64,000 bases of DNA from Octopus sinensis (Eukaryota): positions 163,184,001 through 163,248,000 of the forward strand of contig NC_043000.1 of the NCBI RefSeq assembly GCF_006345805.1, given 5' to 3'. Positions within the stretch are counted from its first letter, which is position 1; every line of letters begins with the position of its first letter. The notes under the pieces were generated by a model. It made no database searches. It worked only from the letters and a program-made list of their open reading frames with translations, and was not told the DNA's origin. The translations under genes and the position numbers were made by a program. Shown here piece after piece: positions 55,621 to 64,000 of the stretch.

Positions 55621-56194
55621 AATATCTACCATCAGTAATATAACAACGACAACCATCCTCACCCATCCCCCCTCCACAAAAGCCATTACCGGAAAAGCTA
55701 TCACGACAATGACGACGACAACCACCGCCATTACAACCATGAACAGCAAAAAATACCTCCAACACTACCACAGACGTCAGCACAGACGTCACCAACTTCA
55801 CCACCGCTTTCGTTGGTTCGTTTTAATCTTAAAAGCTTCTATTTAAACAATGGCTGTGTATATCAGATACAAACGAATTTTCACCCACCCTGAAGAACTA
55901 GGGTGGGAAGAGGAGTTAAAACGGATTGGTCGGGTAGTTTAGGGACCTATGTTTTAGCTTAGCAATATGTGGAGTTTACTTTTAAGGGAATTTACAACAG
56001 TGTACATTGGGGAAGGGGACAGTTGTGCTTTGATAACCTTTGCATTGTTAGATGTTACAGCCGTCTTGTCCGCCTTGCATTGTGTGAGAGAGAGAATCCG
56101 TATATATATATATATATATGTATGTATATATACACACACATACGTACTTATATGTATCTAGCATTCTTTCTTTCTTTCCCGCTTACTCTCTCTG

Positions 56195-56248
<54 letters not shown>

Positions 56249-56717
56249 GTGTGCGTGTGTGTGAGTGTTTGTGTGTGTATGCGCACGTATGCATGTATAT
56301 GTACTTAATACATAGACAAGTTAGTGTGCTATCTAGGTTTTCGTCTAAACTAAAGGCAATAACAGCTGAAACTTCCTTAAAAATCATATCCAACTGTCTT
56401 GAGACAAATTACCGGACAATGAACTCCTAGATACTCTATGTGTAAAATAAAAGATGTGAACATATTTTAATATCAGGCCTGCTCGATCAGAACTGCTTGG
56501 AGAAAACATATATTGTATAGTAAAAGACATGGTTAAAACACGGTAAAGAAGTTCACTTTGCAACCACATGGTAATGGGTTCGATCGCATATCGTATTAAG
56601 TCAGTTAAATATCTTCTACTGTCGATTACAATTGACCAATATTTGTGACTGGAATATGGTAGACAGAAACAGTTCACCTGCTCATCATGTATGTATACAC
56701 ACACAGAGATATGTATG

Positions 56718-56781
<64 letters not shown>

Positions 56782-57311
56782 TGGGGAGAGAGATAGGCAG
56801 TCAGACAGATAGATAAACCCATACATATGTGCGCATGCAAGCACGTGCACAGACACACGTGTCAAATTTGTAATTATCTCGCAACTGATTGCAGCTTGGC
56901 TTTGAAACTGGAAGAGTTAAATCGTGAAAGCGCCATTTTAGCCATCGAAGAAGAAACACAAAAAGTAAATAAATAAATAAACTCTCTACATTCAAGGTTT
57001 TGTTCAAGAAAGTAATCAATATATTTCGGGGACTGCTAGTTTCACTTTTCGATTCTTCCGACTGAGATATAGTGATATTTCCAATTCCCAAAATGCATAT
57101 TTACACTAAAAGAGACTAAAATAAACTCTCTATGTGATATGTTTAAAGCATGCGTAATGTGCGTATATAAAATATACCAAAGTGCGAGGAAACAGGTTAG
57201 ACTCGGGTTGACAGCTTTGTGGAGTGTCATACAATGTATTACGTATCTTGAACGGAAGCTGCGACCCACATGAAAGGTAAACTTCATGCATCTTTTAATT
57301 TTCACATCGAA

Positions 57312-57682
57312 TTTCATACCTCCACCTTAGCGAAGGCGGAGGTATTGTTTTCAGTCGTGTTTCTTTGTTTGTTCGTGGACAAGATATCTCAAGAACCGCT
57401 GGATAAATTCGGATGAAACTTTCAGGGATGTTTGGCCTCGTGACTGCTACGAACGGATTAGATTTAGGGATCGATCCGGTACCGGACAAAGATTCTGGAA
57501 TATTTTTTCTATTTTTTTACTTAATTTTTGAGAGCGGTCGGGATCATTTTTAGTATTATCATTTCTGAGAGTAGTTGAGTTTATTTCAGATATTCTCATT
57601 TTAAAAGTCGTCTCTGGCTCATCCTTGAGAGGACGTTGGTGTTGCATTGGCAGAGGTTCGCGCTCTCTGAGTGCTCTTGTTT
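57312..57682 (+). mobile_element. DINE-1/HINE-like non-autonomous Helentron-type element
   Basis: 5' TACCTCCACCTT..AAGGCGGAGGTA inverted repeat, GTTT microsatellite, 3' subterminal GGCAGAGGT followed by hairpin GCGCTCTCTGAGTGC and T-rich end. Confidence 0.75.
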
Positions 57683-58460
57683 GGTCTGAATTGATTTCGA
57701 TTCTGGTAAATGCTCTAGGATGCATCATATCATCAATGATGTATTTTGGGGTTTCAGTGAGTTTAGGACTTTCTACATCAGACCCCCTACCGAGTTGATC
57801 CAGCCAGGGTCGATCAAGTCTCAGCTCGTACCCCAGTTGCAGTAAACCATTAGTCTATCTTCTCTATCCAGATCCACATAGCTGCCTTCTCTGAAGCTTC
57901 AGCGATGGAATTTACGACTCTCCTCTTTGTTGCACCAGCAACTCCAAACTCGGTTATGGCTTTACAGAATGAACTCTCCACAAATCCCCTGCATCGCACT
58001 TCAATTGCGTCGCAACGTGTCTACCAGCCCTTCTCTCTGCACTTCTCTACCAGCCAGCTCCAAGTAAAATCTTTTCACTATTATGTTAGTTGATATCGTG
58101 TTAACCTTAGGCATAGTGGGAAAAATATTCAAGTCGTAACCATCCCTTTTCCCTTTATTCCTGCATAAGACTAAGTTATTTGTTTCTTAAAATAGCAGGG
58201 TGGATTATGAGAGGGGTCAGCTGGTAATTTCTTGTAGGTTGAGTGACTGCGTAGAAATTCTTTTGCGGACCCGTTGCTGTATCTATTCTAAGATTGGTAA
58301 CATTCCCCTAGTTCTCCCATTCCAATTTAAAGATAATGGATAAGTTCAACTATCTTATATGTTCGATAATTAAAACCAGTTTGTTTGAAAAAAATGTTTT
58401 CGTTTTGCACAAAGCAGAAACTTCTGGTGTGTCTGTGTGTGTGTCTGTGTGTGTGTGTTA

Positions 58461-59292
58461 GGGTCATCCCATATATAATGCGATCTTTTTATACTTCATT
58501 TATTTTTCAAAATTAAGATGAACAGATTTCGTTTTTACTCTAAAATATACTCTCCTTCATTTTCTACAATGCTCTTCCATCTATCTGGTAGACTTGCAAA
58601 ATTCACATTTCCATGTCGAAAAATACTCCTCCGGTGTTGTTATGACCTCGTCTACAGAATTCATATTTTTTCCGTCCAAATAATTTTGAAGACTGCCGAA
58701 TAAATGGTAATCAGATTAGGCAATGTCCGACGAATATGCTGGGTGGTGCATCGTTTCCCATTCAAACTGCTCCAGCCTTTGGAATATCCTCGCTGTATGT
58801 GGTCGGGCATTATCCTGATGCAAGAACACCTTTAGTTTTGAAACCAAAGATGGTCTTTTTCCGATGGCACATAGGTGTCGACGAATGGCTGAATGACCAA
58901 ATCCAAGCTTCTCTGCTAGTTCCTCAGCACTTACAATGGGGTTTTGTTCCACCAGGACTTGCAGGATATCCTCATCTAGCATTACAGATCTTCTAGAATC
59001 CGACTCGTCTTCTAGGTTGTAGTTTCCTCTTATTGTCTAATCCCTATATACTGCATTAATATTCCTAGCACTTTCCATTGCGTTGTTGCCTTTATTGAAC
59101 CCATAAAGCAAAATATGCCGAATATGCTCCTTTGTCACTTCGATTATAGCTTTGAAAAAAAATAACTAAGAATAAGAACAAGGTAAAATTACTACCCGCT
59201 TCTATAGCAAGTTGATACAGGTAGTTTATCCTGTCCACCTCCGACTTTTAGTTCATGCAATTGAAAACACTGCATTATTTACGGCATAACAA
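58461..59292 (-). mobile_element. Internally deleted mariner of a second family
   Basis: Degenerate TIRs flanked by TA. Remnants EVTKEHIRHILLY and LHQDNARPHTA...HPAYSSDIA. Confidence 0.85.
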
Positions 59293-59296
59293 TATA

Positions 59297-59386
<90 letters not shown>

Positions 59387-60850
59387 TTATTGTTTTATGA
59401 GAGACAGTAAATATGTAAATGCCAGTATTTTAGTGGTTATTACACAAGTCCGAATGGATAGATCTGAGATCAGGATTCAACGGGTTTCCCTGTTTTTCAT
59501 ATGTTGTCATATGTACTCTATATCTTCATATTTCTTTCTTTCTGTCTGTCTGTCTGTCTCACACACACACACACACATGTATATCTATGTATGTATGCAT
59601 GTAAGCATGTATATATGTACGTTTGCATTTATGTATGTATGTATGTATGTATGTATGTATGTATGTATGTATGTATGTATGTACCGAAAGAGGAAGAGCA
59701 AGAGGTGAAAGGTAAGCTTACGAGAATTTCATTAGTAAAAGTACATTTTTAGTCTCGCTGTTAACAGTAGATAATTTTGTTAAACTAGAAACTTTTCTAT
59801 AACTGTCTCGATTTTTTCTATCTCTGTCTTGAAAAATCTAACTAGTTTCAACGTTTAAGAACGCCATCTCAGAGATTGTTTATTCCTTTCTGTCTTTCCA
59901 TTCTCCAAAAGAGATATCTTTTAACTATTTAAATTATATACAAAATGACTTGAAAAGAACTAAACAGGTTTGCCTAATATTCGTGCAAATATTATGAACG
60001 TGAATAAATCGAGTTATTGCACATAAGAACGGGAATGGCAGAAAAGATGGAATGATGGTCAACTTACTGAGAGAACAGCTGTTCTTCATGTGCCACCAAC
60101 ACTACAACTTGTTCCCGACAGACATTTAGTTCGTTTAAAGAATTATATGTAATTTAGTAAGAGCTAAGTTCAGTGTATTGGGACATCTCTAGGAAACACT
60201 AGCGCGATAAAGTATACAAGTGGCCCCTTAGCTTGTACGGTTGGTTTCATATGCTTGTCTGGTTACTGTAGAAAACACTTTACACCTAACTCTTTAGTTT
60301 TCACCTTCAGAGAACACATCGTCGACTCTGACTAGATGCTGCTTTTCGTGGTAACTATTTAGCCTTTTCTAGGGCGAAAGGATCAAACTCGAACACATGG
60401 GACATCAAGTACTATTTCACTTGTATATGAATGCACGAATACGCACAGAGATATTCATATGCGTGCGCACATACAAATCCATGTATTGATTTAAAGTGGA
60501 GGCTTCAATCAGTCACCATTATGAGCCTTCAGTCTTCTCTGACATTCCTCAGGGTAAATGACTGAAGATACTATCTTCCCAAAGTACAAAAAGACATTCA
60601 GATAAGCGATTGATTAAATCCCTATGTTCTATTAGATGTAGAAGCTGTAGTATCTGTAATGAATGGTTTTCTTTAGTTTTTACACACACACACACACGTA
60701 AACACGCTCGCGCACGCCATATCACCTACATACACAAAGCGTTAAAACACACGCATACCCACTCACCCAAGTACTTGTCTTCTACAGCAGACTGGCGTCC
60801 TAACCAGGATATTTATTTAGCATCTACTTAAACCACGACTAAGCATAGTT

Positions 60851-60889
<39 letters not shown>

Positions 60890-61704
60890 ATATATATATA
60901 TATATATCCATGTATACATAGGTACATGCATACATACATACATACATATATACATACATACATACATACATACATACATACATACATACATACATACATA
61001 CATACATAATGTACATACATGAGTATATACGTACATATATAGGAGAAATTAAACGCGCTCGCTATCAGATAACTGGGACCAAAGAAATAATGACAAAAGA
61101 ATGACAATAAGAACAATAACAACATTGAATAGAGGTTTCAGCGGAATTCCAACTGTTGTTATACACACATTCATATATATATATATATATATATATATCC
61201 CAATTTGTATGCTGAATATAATACAGGTGACACTTCTCTAATTTTCGTTTCGCTTTATCGCCCAATGAGAGATGTGAGCCTGATAATGAAATAAAGGAGA
61301 TAAAGAAAAGAATGGAGGAAAAATTATTTTAAAACACTCACACACATATAAAGATATATGTATAACCACCTACCTATACATACTCACACGCTCTCACATA
61401 CGTACAATAGAAGGTTCGAGTAAAGCACATCAAACATTAAATATCAATAATAATTAGAAAAATACCCAGCGATATTGAAATGTTACCTTAGGAATATTTC
61501 ACTTTTCCTGATATTTCGGGTATAATACGCCTTTTGAAATCGTTAAGATGGCCTGAAAGCTATAATACGCGCGCTCTCTCTCCCTGCACATACGTGTGTG
61601 TGTGTGTAAAAACGTACATGTATACACACACACACACACTTTATTATTTGATTTTACATTGGACTGTGTTCTTAGTTTTGCAACGCATTTTTTGATGTAG
61701 TCTA

Positions 61705-61890
61705 CGAGGGGTGCTGAAAAGTTCCTGGGTAAAAGAAAATACTGGTGAATTAGTTAATTATGATTTTATTCAACATATTCAACATATTCCCCTCAGATTC
61801 ACACACTTATTTCAGCCTGTAAAAGAATTCAGAAGGTTGGGCCTCAAACTAGGCCTTTCGCAATACCCTTAAAACTAGGAACTCGTGTAA
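61705..61890. mobile_element. Mariner-derived MITE, decayed right end
   Basis: Begins TA-CGAGGGGTGCTGAAAAGTTCCTGG; partial complement TAGGAACT near 61876-61883. Confidence 0.55.
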
Positions 61891-62062
61891 TAAAAACTTC
61901 CACTATGTCTCTAGAATTAAATTAATCCTCATAAAAATGAAATGCAAAGACTTCCTGAGCAATATTTGAACTGAGGACGTAAAGAGAAACTCCAGGTTAC
62001 TAATCTAAGGTTCGTATTTATAGAAAGATTTCGTGTCATGCGTCTCTGAGTTGTATCTCTAT

Positions 62063-62282
62063 GTGTCAGCACTATGATCATAAGATTGTGGTTTCGATTC
62101 CTAGACCGGGCCAAGCGTTGTATTCTTGAGCAAAACACTTCATTTCACGTTGCTCCAGGCCACTCAGCTGGCAAAAATGAGTAACGCTGCGATGGACTGG
62201 CGTCCCGTCCAGCTGGGAACACATACACCATAGAAACCGAGAAACCGGACCCATGAGCCTGGCTAGGCTTTAAAAGGGCGCA
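62063..62282 (+). mobile_element. tRNA SINE sharing head and body with 41628-41956 but with a V-SINE-like 3' part
   Basis: CTTGAGCAAAACACTTCATTTCACGTTGCTCCAG...CTGCGATGGACTGGCGTCCCGTCCAG. Confidence 0.75.
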
Positions 62283-62479
62283 ATTATTATTATTTTTTTA
62301 TGAGATGTAAAGGAAAAATAGAAAAAGAAAATCTTTCTTTTTTTTCTTTTGAATAAGTTCATGCAGATAATATGTTAGTCATAAAGGTAATACATGAAAG
62401 CTAAAGCTGACCTCGGCAAGATCTGAAGCGATTGTGGTGAGTGTCAAAACAAATCCGACGAATTAACGACTTTCCTTTT

Positions 62480-62692
62480 GTACTTTTCTACTTTAGGCAT
62501 AAGGCCCAAATCCTTTCTACTAGAGACACAAGATCTGAAATTTGGGGGGAGAGGAATAGTCGACTATGTCGACTCCAGTGTTTCACTGGTACTTATTTTA
62601 TCGACCTGAAAAGGATGAATTTGAACTCAGAACGTCAGGACAGACGAAATGTCGGTAAGCATTTTGCCCGGCGTGCTAATGATTCTGCCATT
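62480..62692 (-). mobile_element. Degenerate Meta-type SINE
   Basis: ACTGGTACTTATTTTATCGACC...TTGAACTCAGAACG...GCCCGGCGTGCTAA. Confidence 0.75.
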
Positions 62693-63726
62693 TGGCTGTC
62701 TTGACGAACTAACGACTGTCAAACGACAAGCGAATACCAATGAATTGCAAGATAGATTACAGATATCATAATCTCTCTGACTGTGTTTCCATTAACTGTG
62801 CCATGGAGAGCTTTGGTTGTGTGTTCTTCATTCATAGGATGGGGCTTTAGTGCAAAGTTTGCTTCCTTTGTTTTTCAAGCGTAACAAACTGCACCCGGCA
62901 CAACAGCAAGATTTATATTACCATAACTACTGGATACAAAGCCAGCAATTTCGAAGAGCCGGAGCTAGTCGGTACCATTGATCTAGTTGATATTTATTTT
63001 ATTTTATCAACCCTAAAACGATAAAAGGCAGATTTGACCCCAGTGGGATTTGAACTCAGGTCCAAAAGAACCGGACTGCCAGCTCATCACCTACGCTCTA
63101 TCTGAGCTCGGAGCTTAAATTTTGCTAGTGTAAACGTCCATTTTGTCTTTCACCATTTCAAGGTAGATAAACTACTACTAGTTCTGTGCAAGACTTGATT
63201 CTTCACTTTCGCTTAATTTTTTCTGCTTGCCTAACATTCTCTCTTCTAGAAGAGATTGGTTGTGGTCGGACCTGGAGAGAGAAAGACTTTGTCACGTCAA
63301 AATATGCCCAAGACACACCGTATATAACGACAGCAGCCCTTGAACTCTATCAAAGAATTGAGGGCGCGAAGTAAAGCGAGCGCGCATACATAGACAAATA
63401 CACACACACACACACACACATCTATGTATTTGTAGGTGTGTGTGCATTAGTGATCCTATCTCATTGTTGTTAAACTGAAGTGACTATAGATAATGAAGGA
63501 AATTGGATCAAGATAAACCCAACCCTTTCATACCAAACTAACACAGTTTAACAGTATTGTTCCGGAACCATTAAGTTAACGCTAGGTAATGGGGATTGCG
63601 TGGCGGCTAAGAATACAACACTATTTAGTTAAACCCCTGCCACATGATACTATACACTCGTACGTAAAGACAACTCCACCCTTATGTGTTTGTATGTATA
63701 TTCACTTTATTTTCTGTTTTATATTA

Positions 63727-63772
<46 letters not shown>

Positions 63773-64000
63773 GCGAGCGTGTATATAAATACATTCACAT
63801 ATATATATATATTTAGATGTATATCTTTATGTATATGTTTACATATATATATATATATACGTACATATTTATATATATGTACACTCACATACACACACAT
63901 ACATACATATAGGTATACATATGTACATAGATATTTATAGACATACACATTGTTATATATTTTGTATATATGTATGTGTGTGTATGTATGTATACTCGTT

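Overview
AT-rich, repeat-saturated eukaryotic DNA with no supportable host protein-coding gene. The SINE set and microsatellite load suggest an octopus or other coleoid cephalopod (inference). Nearly all listed ORFs are microsatellite or SINE translation artefacts. Real content: tRNA-derived SINEs of several families, two mariner relics plus MITEs, a long-TIR element with an 8-bp TSD, a DINE/HINE-type element, and fragments of CR1/L2, Tx1/L1, RLE-type, RTE and Penelope (GIY-YIG) retroelements. The main finding is a non-coding ~495-nt unit repeated ~3.75 times head-to-tail (38.9-40.7 kb). Each unit carries a type I hammerhead ribozyme on the minus strand, so the array looks like a retrozyme-type template for self-cleaved, possibly circular RNA. 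Several unrelated fold-back elements also carry inverted hammerhead pairs and sit in (TA)n tracts. All folds were read by eye; no database search or folding program was run.
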